A stretch of DNA of 64,000 bases. Origin: Methanobacteriota archaeon (GTDB lineage: Archaea > JAADCQ01 > Methanopyri > Methanopyrales > Methanopyraceae). The notes under the pieces are model-generated. The model had not been told where the DNA came from. It did no database searches and was given only the letters and a program-made list of their open reading frames with translations. Shown here piece by piece: positions 19,304 through 28,974 of the stretch. Location of the stretch: contig JAMOPO010000027.1 in the NCBI GenBank assembly GCA_027064425.1, positions 160,001 to 224,000 of the forward strand, read 5' to 3'. The first letter of the stretch is position 1, and each line of letters begins with the position of its first letter. Made by a program: the position numbers and the translations under genes.

Positions 19304-20578
19304 TTGGACGAGGTGCGGGAGATCGTGGAGGCGGTGGAGCGACACCACCGGTGGCTCAGCGAGTGCCTTCCCATGATCGCGAGCGAGAACGTCACAAGCC
19401 CCGCGGTCCGTGAGATGCTGGTCACGGACTTCGGTCACCGGTACGCGGAGGGGCAGCCCGGGGAGCGGCTGTACGAGGGGTGCGAGTACATCGACGAGGT
19501 CGAGCTCAAGTGCGTGGAGCTGGCCAAAGATCTCTTCGGGGCGGAGCACGCGAACGTTCAGCCGGTGTCCGGCGTGGTGGCCAACCTGGCCGCGCTGACG
19601 GCCCTGACCGAGCCGGGAGACGTGGTGATGGGACTCCGGATCTCGCACGGCGGACACATCAGCCACCACGAGATCAGCGCGCCGGGCGTTCGCGGGCTCA
19701 AGGTCGAGTTCCTGCCCTTCGACGAGGAGGACATGAACGTGGACGTGGACGCGGCGGTGAGGCGGATCGAGGAGGTCGAGCCTCGGGTGGTCATGCTCGG
19801 GGCGAGCCTGTTCCTCTTCCCCCACCCCGTGGAGGAGCTCGTAGACGCGGTGGAGGCGGTCGGCGGGTACCTGGTGTACGACGGTGCGCACGTGCTGGGG
19901 CTGATCGCGGGCGGGGAGTTCCAGGACCCGATCGAGGAGGGCGCGCACGTGGTGACGGGCAGCACGCACAAGACCCTGCCGGGCCCGCAGGGCGGGATCA
20001 TCCTCTGCGAGCGCGAGCTGAGTGACGCGATCGACGAGGCCGTGTTCCCCGGACTGGTTAGCAACCACCATCTACACCACGTGGCGGCCCTCGCGGTCGC
20101 GCTGGCCGAGTTCAAGAAGTACGGTCGGAAGTACGCGCGGGCGACGGTGAGGAACGCCCAGGTGCTCGCCGAATCCCTGCACTCCGAGGGCCTGAACGTC
20201 CTGTGCGAGCACCTGGGCTTCACGCGATCTCATCAGGTCGCGGTGGACGTGAGCGAGCACGGGGGCGGGGCCGAGGTCGCCCGGCGGCTGGAGGCGGCGA
20301 ACATCCTGTGCAACAAGAACCTGCTGCCGTGGGACGACGAGTCCGAGGCGGATGATCCCAGCGGGATCCGGCTCGGGGTGCAGGAGCTGACGAGGCTGGG
20401 CATGGGTCCCTCGGAGATGGAGTACGTGGCGGAGCTGATCGCGGACGTGGTGCTGAGGCGGCGGAGCGTGGACGAGGTGCGGGAGGACGTGGTCGAGCTC
20501 CGTCGGGAGTTCCAGGAGGTTAAGTACGGTTTTGGGGACGGTGTGGGTGCGCACGAATGGCCTCGGTTCGCGGACTAG
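19304..20578 (+). CDS. glyA: Serine hydroxymethyltransferase (H4MPT-dependent type)
   Basis: MIASEN, YAEG, GGHISH, YDGAHVLGLIAG, GSTHKTLPGPQGG PLP lysine; TTG 19304. Confidence 0.96.
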   Translation: MDEVREIVEAVERHHRWLSECLPMIASENVTSPAVREMLVTDFGHRYAEGQPGERLYEGCEYIDEVELKCVELAKDLFGAEHANVQPVSGVVANLAALTALTEPGDVVMGLRISHGGHISHHEISAPGVRGLKVEFLPFDEEDMNVDVDAAVRRIEEVEPRVVMLGASLFLFPHPVEELVDAVEAVGGYLVYDGAHVLGLIAGGEFQDPIEEGAHVVTGSTHKTLPGPQGGIILCERELSDAIDEAVFPGLVSNHHLHHVAALAVALAEFKKYGRKYARATVRNAQVLAESLHSEGLNVLCEHLGFTRSHQVAVDVSEHGGGAEVARRLEAANILCNKNLLPWDDESEADDPSGIRLGVQELTRLGMGPSEMEYVAELIADVVLRRRSVDEVREDVVELRREFQEVKYGFGDGVGAHEWPRFAD

Positions 20579-21207
20579 TCGTGATGGACTTCGACGGGAC
20601 GCTGGTCGACGGTGAGACGATCGACGTGATGGCCGAGCTGGCGGGCGTGGGCCGGGAGGTCGAGGAGATCACGCGCCGCGCCATGGAGGGGGAGCTCGAG
20701 TTCGGGGAGGCGCTGCGCGAGCGGGTGCGGCTGCTCGCGGGCGCCCCCGCCTCGATCCTGGACGAGGCCGCCTCGCGCCTGAGGCTTAACCCGGGCGTCC
20801 GGGAGTTCGTGGCCGCGGTCCGCCGGGCGGGCGCGGCGGTGGCGGTCATCAGCGGCGGGTTCACGGAGGTGGTGCGCCGATTCGCCCGTGAGCTGGGGCT
20901 GGACGCGGTCGTCGCGAACGAGCTGGAGGTCCGCAACGGGGTCCTCACCGGCCGAGTCTACGGGCCGGTGATGAGCGGGAAGGCGAAGGGTCGGATACTG
21001 CTCCAGCTGTGCAGAAGGTTCGGGGTGAGCCCCGAGGAAACGGTGGCGGTGGGTGACGGTGCCAACGACGCATCAATGTTAAATCGCGTCGGACTCCCGC
21101 TGGGCTTCCGGCCCAAGGGGGTCATCCGGGACCTCGTGCGCAGCTCCCTGTCCGACTTCCGCGAGGCTATCCCGCTGGTAATGCGGTTCTGGGGCGTCCG
21201 TGCCTGA
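20557..21207 (+). CDS. serB: Phosphoserine phosphatase (HAD family)
   Basis: DFDGTL, ISGGF, GDGAND. Confidence 0.92.
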   Translation: MASVRGLVVMDFDGTLVDGETIDVMAELAGVGREVEEITRRAMEGELEFGEALRERVRLLAGAPASILDEAASRLRLNPGVREFVAAVRRAGAAVAVISGGFTEVVRRFARELGLDAVVANELEVRNGVLTGRVYGPVMSGKAKGRILLQLCRRFGVSPEETVAVGDGANDASMLNRVGLPLGFRPKGVIRDLVRSSLSDFREAIPLVMRFWGVRA

Positions 21208-22157
21208 TGGTTTTCTCCGAAAAAAAGCTGCAGGAGCTCAAGCGTCTCGAGAAGGAACTGTCCGAGGTGCGGCGCGAGATCGACGAGTTGGAGGAGGAGC
21301 GGGACCGGGTGGAGCGCGAGATCGAGGAGCTTGAGCGGAAGATCGACAGGCTGAGGGAGAAGGCCGAGCGCTACCGCGAGAAGCGGGACCGACTGAACGA
21401 GCGGGTGCGCGAGCTGCGCGAGCTGGCGGAGGAGCATCGCGAGCGCCGGGACGAGCTCAACGAGGAGGTTCAAACGTACAAGAAAAAGCGCGATAGGCTG
21501 AACGAGGAGGCCACCCAGATCGCTCGGAAGGCGAAGGAGCACGTGGAGAAGGCGAAGGCTCTCCGGGCCAAGGTTGAGCGTCCCATCGGGGAGATCCGCC
21601 GCGAGATCGAGCGGCTGGAGCGCGAGATCGAGACCCGCTCCCTCTCCCCCGAGCGCGAGGAGCGGATCGCGGAGCGGCTTGAGAAGCTCCGAGAGCAGCT
21701 CGAGTACTGGAAGCGCGCCGAGAAGCATTCCCGGGAGGCGGACCGCCTCTTCTCCCGCGCGGACGAGCTGCGGGAGCAGGCGAACAAGTACCACGAGCTG
21801 GTGCTGAAGACCGCGGAGAAGGCGAACAAGCACCACGAGAAGATGCTGGAGTACTACGAGCAGGCGGACAAGATCAGGGAGAAGGCGGATGGGTATCACC
21901 GGAAGTACGAGGAGCTACGGTTCAAGATCCGCAGTCTGCAGGACAGGGTCCGCAAGCTTCGGTCCAAGGCCGAGGAGCTCGAGCAGAAGATCATGGAGAA
22001 GCGGGCGGAGGAGAAGGCGCTGGAGGTTCGTATTAGGGACCTGGAGAAGGCGGCCGTCGATCGGGAGAAGATCGAGGAGATCAAGGAGAAGCTGGAGCGC
22101 GGGGAGAAGGTCAGCTGGGAGGAGCTTCAGCTGCTGCAGCAGTACGGCGAGATGTAG
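21207..22157 (+). CDS. Archaeal coiled-coil protein (COG1340-like)
   Basis: Continuous E/R/K heptads, LSPEREE and GEKVSWEEL motifs; adjacent to serB. Confidence 0.8.
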   Translation: MVFSEKKLQELKRLEKELSEVRREIDELEEERDRVEREIEELERKIDRLREKAERYREKRDRLNERVRELRELAEEHRERRDELNEEVQTYKKKRDRLNEEATQIARKAKEHVEKAKALRAKVERPIGEIRREIERLEREIETRSLSPEREERIAERLEKLREQLEYWKRAEKHSREADRLFSRADELREQANKYHELVLKTAEKANKHHEKMLEYYEQADKIREKADGYHRKYEELRFKIRSLQDRVRKLRSKAEELEQKIMEKRAEEKALEVRIRDLEKAAVDREKIEEIKEKLERGEKVSWEELQLLQQYGEM

Positions 22158-22169
22158 AGGTGTCCGGGC

Positions 22170-22661
22170 ATGCGGGTCCCGCTCCTCGAGGTCATCTTAC
22201 ACACGGACGGCTCCGTCACCCGCATCCTGCGTCGCTTCTTCGAGCGCGTGGAGATCCGACCCCTCGAGACCAAGAAGGTGCACGTGCGCGGTCGGGAGGC
22301 CGAGCTACTGGGCCTGCCGGACGGGGACGTGGCCTACCTGAGGCGCGTCGTGATCGAACTCGACGGTCGACCGGGCATCCTGGCCACGTCCTACGCCCGC
22401 CCGGACAACCTTCCCGGGCGCATGAGGCGGCTGGTCCTCCAGTCTCGTAAGCCTCTCGGCGCGATGATCGAGGAGCTGGAGCTCGAGACCCGGCGGGAGA
22501 TCGTGAGAGTGGGCACGACCAGGCTGTCGGGTGAGGAGCGCCGACTGCTCGAGACCGAGGCCCGGGAGGTTCCCTGGCGGGAGTACGTGGTTTACCACAA
22601 CAGGACGCCGATGCTGCTGATTCGAGAGAAGTTCAGCGCGGAGGTGTTTCGGAGGGATTAG
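22170..22661 (+). CDS. Chorismate pyruvate-lyase-like protein (DUF98/UbiC-like)
   Basis: TDGSVT..L, PLG..I, LETRREI, R.Y...IREKF. Confidence 0.75.
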   Translation: MRVPLLEVILHTDGSVTRILRRFFERVEIRPLETKKVHVRGREAELLGLPDGDVAYLRRVVIELDGRPGILATSYARPDNLPGRMRRLVLQSRKPLGAMIEELELETRREIVRVGTTRLSGEERRLLETEAREVPWREYVVYHNRTPMLLIREKFSAEVFRRD

Positions 22662-22662
22662 G

Positions 22663-23514
22663 GTGGTTCAGAGGACGCTGGACGAGGTGCTGGAGGGGCG
22701 CCACGAGCTCAGCGCCGAGAGGATCCTGGTCGCCTCCGACGTGCACGTGGGTGACCGGTACCAGGGTCACGAGCCCGAGCTTCTGGAGCTGGCCCTGGAG
22801 CTCGCCCGGGATCAGGACCTCGTGGTCCTCGACGGGGACCTGGCGGACCCCAGGGCCGGGGATGAGGAGGTGAAGGGGTTCGTCGAGGAGCTCCGAGACC
22901 TGGCCTCGGAGGTCGAGGTGGTGGTCGTCCCCGGGAACCACGACACGGTCCGGCTGGTGAGACGGCTCGAGCGGGCTGGGGTCACCGTGCTGGCCCGGAA
23001 GTACGAGGAGCGTCGGGGCCGCGGTTGTCCGCCGGGGCACGAGGGCCCCTCGCTCGGTGGCCCGAAGCGGCTGGAGGTGGAGGGTCTGAAGTTCCTGATC
23101 GCGCACGGGCACGAGCCGTGCGGGGAGCTGGGGCTGGAGCCGCAGGAGCCGGGGAATCCGGTCGCCGAGGAGTCCCCGATGCCGAAGCGCGACCAGCTGC
23201 TGGACAACTACACGTGCCGGGAGCACGAGATGCCGGCCCGGCTGGAGGAGATCGCCCGGGCGAGCGACGCGGACGTCGTGATCACGGGCCACACGCACTG
23301 CAGGTTCCTGGGCAGCTTCGGCTCGACGCTGGTCGTCAACGTTGGAACCACGGCGTGCCCGGCCACGTGCGCCACGTGTCGGGACCCTCTTAACGTCGGT
23401 AACGTGTGCCTGATCCGGCTGTCCGGGTCGAGGGTCCGAGCCAAGCTGTTCAACCTCCGGGAGGCGCGGGTGGTGGAACGTGAGCGTGTCCGTGTCGATC
23501 GACGCGGAGACTAA
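22663..23514 (+). CDS. Calcineurin-like metallophosphoesterase
   Basis: SDVH, GDLAD, GNHD, HGH, GHTH. Confidence 0.85.
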   Translation: MVQRTLDEVLEGRHELSAERILVASDVHVGDRYQGHEPELLELALELARDQDLVVLDGDLADPRAGDEEVKGFVEELRDLASEVEVVVVPGNHDTVRLVRRLERAGVTVLARKYEERRGRGCPPGHEGPSLGGPKRLEVEGLKFLIAHGHEPCGELGLEPQEPGNPVAEESPMPKRDQLLDNYTCREHEMPARLEEIARASDADVVITGHTHCRFLGSFGSTLVVNVGTTACPATCATCRDPLNVGNVCLIRLSGSRVRAKLFNLREARVVERERVRVDRRGD

Positions 23515-24349
23515 GCTCGTGGGCCTCATCGGTCACCCGGTGGAGCACTCCCTGTCGCCGCCCATGCACAACGCGGCGTTCCGGGAGCTGGGGCTGAACT
23601 ACGTCTACGTGGCGTTCGACGTGCCGGAGGAGGAGCTGGAGGACGCCATCCGGGGCGCGTTGGGGCTCGGGATCGTCGGGCTGAACGTGACCATCCCTCA
23701 CAAGGAGCGGGCGCTGGAGCTCTGCGACACCGTCGATAAGGACGCAGAGCTGATCGGTGCGGTGAACACGCTGCGGTTCAGGAAGGGCGAGGTCGAGGGG
23801 TACAACACGGACGGTGAGGGGTTCCTGCGGGCGCTGAGGGAGGAGGTCGACTTCGATCCCAAGGGCGTGAAGGCGGTGATCCTGGGCGCCGGTGGGGCGG
23901 CGCGGGCGGTCACGTTCAAGCTGGCCACGGAGGGTGCGGACGAGCTGGTGATCGCGAACCGGACGTACGAGCGCGGGGAGCGGCTGGCGAGGGAGCTGGA
24001 GGAGAAGACGGGCGTGAGAGCCCGGGCGGTGGAGCTCGACCGGGAGGTGCTGCGGGAGGAGCTCCGGGACGCGGAGCTGCTCGTGGACGCTACCCCGGTG
24101 GGCATGCACCCCAACGAGGACGAGCCGCCGCTGGTCACGGCCCGGGAGATGCACGAGGACCTCATCGTGAACGACCTGGTGTACAACCCACCGAAGACCC
24201 GGCTGCTCGAGGAGGCGGAGCGGGCGGGGGCGACCCCGGTCGACGGCGTGGGGATGCTCGTGCACCAGGGTGCGCTGGCCTTCGAGCTCTGGACGGGTGA
24301 GAAGGCGCCGGTGGACGTCATGCGTGAGGCTGTGCTGGAACACCTCTGA
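23480..24349 (+). CDS. aroE: Shikimate dehydrogenase
   Basis: HSLSPPMHN, NVTIPHK, GAVNT, NTD, GAGGAARA, MLVHQG. Confidence 0.97.
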   Translation: MSVSVSIDAETKLVGLIGHPVEHSLSPPMHNAAFRELGLNYVYVAFDVPEEELEDAIRGALGLGIVGLNVTIPHKERALELCDTVDKDAELIGAVNTLRFRKGEVEGYNTDGEGFLRALREEVDFDPKGVKAVILGAGGAARAVTFKLATEGADELVIANRTYERGERLARELEEKTGVRARAVELDREVLREELRDAELLVDATPVGMHPNEDEPPLVTAREMHEDLIVNDLVYNPPKTRLLEEAERAGATPVDGVGMLVHQGALAFELWTGEKAPVDVMREAVLEHL

Positions 24350-24403
24350 GGAATCGTTGCGGATTTAAGGTGAGCAGGCCGGCGTCCGCCGGGGGTGCCG
24401 GGG

Positions 24404-25294
24404 ATGAAGATCAACGGGGTCGAGATCGAGGACACGTTCGCCGAGGCGTTCGAGGCCAAGATGGCTCGAATTCTGATCACCGCCGCGACCCACCGGTGGG
24501 CCAAGATCACGGCGCGGGAGACCGTGGGCTTCGGAACCTCCGTGATCATGTGCCCGGCGGAGGCGGGCGTCGACGTGGGGTACGTGAGGCCCGAAGAGAC
24601 CCCGGACGGGCGCCCCGGAGTCATCGTGATGATCGGCCACAACGATGAGGACGAGCTGAAGGAGCAGCTGCTGGACCGGATCGGTCAGTGCGTCATGACC
24701 GCCCCGACCGCGTCCGCCTTCGACGCGATGCCGGAGGACGAGAAGGAGGACGAGGATCGGGTAGGTTACAAGCTGAGCTTCTTCGGGGACGGTCACCAGG
24801 AGGAGGACGAGGTGGACGGTCGGAAGGTCTGGAGGGTGCCCATCGTGGAGGGTGAGTTCATCGTCGAGGACACGTTCGGCATCACGACGGGCGTCGCCGG
24901 CGGGAACTTCTACATCATGGCGGAGAGCCAGGCGGCCGGCCTGCAGGCGGCCGAGGCGGCCGTCGACGCGATCAAGCGCGTAGAGGGCGTGTACACGCCC
25001 TTCCCGGGCGGGATCGTAGCGTCCGCGTCCAAACCGGGGGCCAAGGAGTACGACTTCCTGCCGGCGTCCACGAACGACGCCTACTGCCCAACGGTGGAGG
25101 ACAACGAGCTGCCGGAGGGCGTCAAGTGCGTGTACGAGATAGTCATCAACGGGCTCAACGAGGAGGCCGTGAAGGAGGCGATGCGGGTGGGCATCGAGGC
25201 CGCCTGCCAGCAGCCGGGCGTCGTGAAGATCAGCGCCGGTAACTTCGGCGGGGAGCTGGGGCAGTACGAGCTACACCTGCACGACCTGTTCTAG
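24404..25294 (+). CDS. ftr: Formylmethanofuran:tetrahydromethanopterin formyltransferase
   Basis: INGVEIEDTFAEAF, TSVIMCPAEAG, TPDGRPG, GVAGGNF, ISAGNFGG; closely resembles the recalled Methanopyrus enzyme. Confidence 0.98.
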   Translation: MKINGVEIEDTFAEAFEAKMARILITAATHRWAKITARETVGFGTSVIMCPAEAGVDVGYVRPEETPDGRPGVIVMIGHNDEDELKEQLLDRIGQCVMTAPTASAFDAMPEDEKEDEDRVGYKLSFFGDGHQEEDEVDGRKVWRVPIVEGEFIVEDTFGITTGVAGGNFYIMAESQAAGLQAAEAAVDAIKRVEGVYTPFPGGIVASASKPGAKEYDFLPASTNDAYCPTVEDNELPEGVKCVYEIVINGLNEEAVKEAMRVGIEAACQQPGVVKISAGNFGGELGQYELHLHDLF

Positions 25295-25354
25295 GGTCAG
25301 CGAGGGTGACAGTCATCACCGGCAGGCCTCGGCACGGGCCTCTCTCTTCATCCC
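25294..25354 (-). ncRNA. Box C/D guide sRNA
   Basis: Minus strand GGG-ATGAAGA-12nt-CCGA-9nt-GTGATGA-12nt-CTGA-CCC, with a terminal GGG/CCC stem. Confidence 0.8.
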
Positions 25355-26478
25355 ACCGCATCCACCCTCGGTGGTTCCTCAGGTATATTACCCACCCGGC
25401 GCTCGTCCACCGCCAGCTCCGCGGCCCCGGTCACGCGCACCCGAACCACCGGGACCCCCAGGTCATCCCGCGTCAGGTCGGCCGCGATCACCCGACCCAA
25501 ACCGCTCTCCCGGACCCGGTCCACCAGCTCCTTGAGGAGTTTATCCAGCGAGCGCGTCGCGAGCTCGTTCTCCAGGTCGTCCAGCTCGACCTCACCCCCG
25601 CTCCGGAACCAGTGGCGGTTGATCCGCTTCAGCCGCTTCGGGGTCAGCTTACCACCCATCGGGCCAACGCGCCGCGCGCCCTCAAACCCCTCCCGGGCCA
25701 TGAACACCCCCTGCGCCACCTCAAGCAGGGCTCGCAGCGCCGCCATCTCCGGGTTCGGGCTGCACCCGAACCCGAGCACCATTTCTCGAACGGAGGGGGC
25801 CTCCGCCACCGCACCCACCGCGTAAACTCCCGGGACGCGGGACGGCAGCAACCGCAGGTGGATCTCGCCGCCCACGTCCTCACCGATCGCCAGTCGGAGC
25901 CGCTCCAACCGGCCGTGCAATCGCAGCTCGGGCGCGGGCTCCCGGTGGTACTCGAACACGCTCCAGGCGTCCCGCTCCAGGACCTCCAGCAGCCCCTGAA
26001 CGATCGCCTCCTCCCGCGTGCGGCCCGCGGCCAGCCCGTTCGTGTGCGAGGGCAGCTCATCCTCGGGCCAGGGATGCAGCACCTCGTTCGCCGGGATGTG
26101 CACCGTGCCCCCTTCCGTTAGGTCCTCCGCAGGCATCCAACCGCGCGGCTCGGTCCGGTACCACGGGGGAACCCAGACGTTTCCGGGCCCGGGGTCACGC
26201 AGGGCGTCGTGATGGTCGGGCTCCGCGGAGGCTCTCTCCACGGACTCCATGATCCCGGAGACGGCCGACTGTTCCTCCGTCGTGCCCTTCCCAGCGTGCA
26301 CCTGCCGGCCGGCGGAGGCGGGGCGGAGGTAGACCCGAACCGGCACTCCTCCCACCTCACCGCTCGCCGCCCGTTTCAGACCGAGCCGGTCGGGGATGGA
26401 GCGCTCCCGCAGCCATTCCAGCGTGGCCGCGGGCTCCTTGGTCCGGAACCCCTCCACCTCGTAGACTATTTCTCCCAT
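25348..26478 (-). CDS. ycaO: YcaO-family McrA glycine thioamidation protein (methanogenesis marker 1)
   Basis: GKG...SGIMESVER, TNGLAAG...EAIVQGLLEVLERDA, RALLEVAQ, PVVRV. Confidence 0.88.
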   Translation of the reverse strand: MGEIVYEVEGFRTKEPAATLEWLRERSIPDRLGLKRAASGEVGGVPVRVYLRPASAGRQVHAGKGTTEEQSAVSGIMESVERASAEPDHHDALRDPGPGNVWVPPWYRTEPRGWMPAEDLTEGGTVHIPANEVLHPWPEDELPSHTNGLAAGRTREEAIVQGLLEVLERDAWSVFEYHREPAPELRLHGRLERLRLAIGEDVGGEIHLRLLPSRVPGVYAVGAVAEAPSVREMVLGFGCSPNPEMAALRALLEVAQGVFMAREGFEGARRVGPMGGKLTPKRLKRINRHWFRSGGEVELDDLENELATRSLDKLLKELVDRVRESGLGRVIAADLTRDDLGVPVVRVRVTGAAELAVDERRVGNIPEEPPRVDAVG

Positions 26479-26497
26479 CCCTCGTCACCCCCCGGGG

Positions 26498-27433
26498 ATG
26501 CGCATGCCGGACCGGGTGCTGGTATACGAGTACGCGGTGGCGGAGGGCGTGCGCGACCTGGTGGGCGAGGGAAAGGCGATGTTGGAGGCGCTACTGCTGG
26601 CGCTCCGGGAGGCAGGCGTCGAGACGGTCGCGGTCGCCGGCGAGGACGTGGGCGTGCGCTGGGCCGATCTAGTGGTGCGCCGGGAGTCGGAGGCGCTGGA
26701 GCTCGCGGACGCGGCGGTGGTGATAGCACCAGAGTCGGGCGGGGTGCTCCGAGATAAAATAAGGGACTTTAAACGCCGGCTCCGCGTGCTCGGTCCCTCT
26801 CCGGAGGCCGTGGAGGTGGCGGGGGACAAGCTCCAGACCCTGGAGGCGTTGGAGGGGGCCTCGTCGTTCCGGGTCCCCGCGCGGGGCGGCGAGGTCACCG
26901 TGGGGAAGCCCGCGGACGGGGTGGGCGCTGAGGGCGTGCGCGTCGGTGAAGGGGAGCTGGAGGTGGAGTTCGTACCGGGGTCGCACCACAGCCTCCTCTG
27001 CGTGACCGACGGGGAGTCGGTCGAGGTCGTGGGGGTCAACGACCAGTTCATCGCCCTCGCCGGAGAGGAGTTTGTGTACCTGGGGGGTAGGACGCCTTCG
27101 AGGTCGAGGAAGGTGCGAGAGGTTGCCCTGGACGTGGCCGAGGAGGTGGTGGAGCGCATCAGCGGCCTGTCGGGCATGTTCGGGGTTGACCTCGTCCTGA
27201 GCGGGGACGTGCCTTACGTCATCGAGGTGAACCCTCGGCCGACGACCCCCGTGGTCGGCGCCGCCATGGAGGATCCGGAGAGGCTGGCGGAGGCGCTGCT
27301 GGAGGGCCCGTCCCACGGGACCTGGTCTTACTCGAACGAGTACGTGTTCGTGAAAGTAGGTGCGGAGGCTCTGGTGCCGAACGGGTTCAGTAGGGTGGAA
27401 AGGCTGGGTGACATTCTAGTCTACCGGGGGTAG
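26498..27433 (+). CDS. ATP-grasp ligase, MfnD-like (tyramine--glutamate ligase family)
   Basis: VYEYA..EGKAML, IAPE, KPADGVG, GVDL, IEVNPRPTT. Confidence 0.75.
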   Translation: MRMPDRVLVYEYAVAEGVRDLVGEGKAMLEALLLALREAGVETVAVAGEDVGVRWADLVVRRESEALELADAAVVIAPESGGVLRDKIRDFKRRLRVLGPSPEAVEVAGDKLQTLEALEGASSFRVPARGGEVTVGKPADGVGAEGVRVGEGELEVEFVPGSHHSLLCVTDGESVEVVGVNDQFIALAGEEFVYLGGRTPSRSRKVREVALDVAEEVVERISGLSGMFGVDLVLSGDVPYVIEVNPRPTTPVVGAAMEDPERLAEALLEGPSHGTWSYSNEYVFVKVGAEALVPNGFSRVERLGDILVYRG

Positions 27434-27444
27434 GCGTCCTGCGC

Positions 27445-28449
27445 GTGCTCGGGCTGGACGTCGGTGGTGCTCACACCGACGTGGCGCTGGTGAGGGTGGA
27501 GGGGAGCGAGCTGGAGGTGGTGATGACCAAGCGGAAGTACATCCCGCTGTGGAAGCGTCGGGGCAGGAGGCGCCTGCAGCGGTTCGTGAGGCGTGTGCTC
27601 TTCCGGTCCCGCCCGGAGCTTGTCGGGCTCACGATGTCCGGAGAGCTGGCGGACGCCTTTGAGACGCGGCGGGAGGGCGTGGAGTACATCGTGAGGACCG
27701 TGACGTCCGCCTCCCGCGCGCCGGTGCGCGTGGTGACGGCGTCGGGGGACACGATCGAGCCTGGGGAGTGCTCGGAGGCCTGGCGGGAGGTGGCCTCGGC
27801 CAACTGGCGGGCCACGGCGGAGCTGCTGGCCGAGCTGTACCCGGGCTCCTATCTGTTCTCGGACCTGGGTTCGACCACGCTTGACCTGATCCCGATCGTG
27901 GACGGGGAGGTGCGGGCCAAGGGCCGGACGGACCTGGAGCGGTTGAAGTCGGGCGAGCTCGTGTACCTCGGGGCCCTGCGGACGCCGATCGGGTTCCTGC
28001 TGAGGGAGGTCGAGATCAACGGGACCCTGGTGCCGGTGTCCTACGAGAACTTCTCGATCATCGCGGACGCGCTGGTGCTGCTGGAGCAGATCTCCGAGGA
28101 GGACTACACGCCGGAGACTCCGGACGGTCGGGGTAAGTCGCCCGAGGACTGCGCCCGGAGGCTGGCGCGGGTCGTCTGCTCGGACCCGGAGGAGCTGGGG
28201 TGGGAGGGCGTGCTGGAGGTGGCCCGGGCGGCCTACAGGGTGCTGATGGGGAGGCTGCTCAAGCACCTCAAGCTCAAGCTCCGGGAGTACGATCTGAAGA
28301 AGGTCGTGGCGGCGGGGGCCGGGGAGTTCCTGCTGGAGTCGGCCTGCGACCGGCTGGGCGTGGAGTTCGAGTCCTTCGACGACGTGTTCGGGAGCGGATC
28401 CGAGGTGGCACCGGCCGTGGGGGCCGCGTACCTGGCCTACCGATCCTGA
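27445..28449 (+). CDS. Hydantoinase/oxoprolinase-like H4MPT-linked C1 pathway protein (MfnF-like)
   Basis: GLDVGGAH, TMSGELADAF, ASANW, DLGSTTLDLIP, LVYLGALRTP. Confidence 0.8.
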   Translation: MLGLDVGGAHTDVALVRVEGSELEVVMTKRKYIPLWKRRGRRRLQRFVRRVLFRSRPELVGLTMSGELADAFETRREGVEYIVRTVTSASRAPVRVVTASGDTIEPGECSEAWREVASANWRATAELLAELYPGSYLFSDLGSTTLDLIPIVDGEVRAKGRTDLERLKSGELVYLGALRTPIGFLLREVEINGTLVPVSYENFSIIADALVLLEQISEEDYTPETPDGRGKSPEDCARRLARVVCSDPEELGWEGVLEVARAAYRVLMGRLLKHLKLKLREYDLKKVVAAGAGEFLLESACDRLGVEFESFDDVFGSGSEVAPAVGAAYLAYRS

Positions 28450-28946
28450 CCCGGGCTCCAGGTGGGGAGCTCCTTCCGCGCGAGCTTCAGGTACCGCCGG
28501 GCGTTGTCCCGGATCTCCTCCAACCGGTCCTCGTCGACCTCGCCGATCTTCTTGGCGGGGACGCCGGCCCAGATCTCGCGCGGGCCCACCTCGGTCCCCT
28601 CGGTGACGACGGCACCGGCGCCCACGATGGAGCCCTCCCGGACGACCGCGCCGTTCATTACCGTGGCGTTCATGCCGATGAGGCAGTCGTCCTCGATCCG
28701 GGCCCCGTGGATGACGGCCCCGTGCCCGATGCTCACCCGGCGCCCGATCTCCACCGGGTGCCCTCGCGAGACGTGGATCACGACGTTGTCCTGCACGTTC
28801 GACTCGTCCCCGATCGTCACGGGCTCGAGGTCCCCGCGCACGACCGCGCCCGGCCAGACGCTGACATCGCGCCCCAGCTCGACCTCACCGAGGATCGTGG
28901 CGGTGGGGTGCACGTAGGCGCGCCCCACGATCTTAACGCCCCTCAA
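28437..28946 (-). CDS. Gamma-class carbonic anhydrase/hexapeptide-repeat protein
   Basis: RGD...SNVQDN..IH, IGH...HG metal ligands, WAGVPAK. Confidence 0.9.
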   Translation of the reverse strand: MRGVKIVGRAYVHPTATILGEVELGRDVSVWPGAVVRGDLEPVTIGDESNVQDNVVIHVSRGHPVEIGRRVSIGHGAVIHGARIEDDCLIGMNATVMNGAVVREGSIVGAGAVVTEGTEVGPREIWAGVPAKKIGEVDEDRLEEIRDNARRYLKLARKELPTWSPGQDR

Positions 28947-28974
28947 TCACGGTCCCCCACAGGGTGCGTGCGCC

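Noticed and set aside
21207-22157. SMC/Rad50-like or repeat element
   Set aside because: No Walker motifs or hinge; it fits the common archaeal coiled-coil family found beside serB.
24351-24370. GAATCGTTG half-site upstream of the ftr TATA box
   Set aside because: Only one arm is present, so it was not counted as a palindrome copy, though a genome-wide PWM could revisit it.
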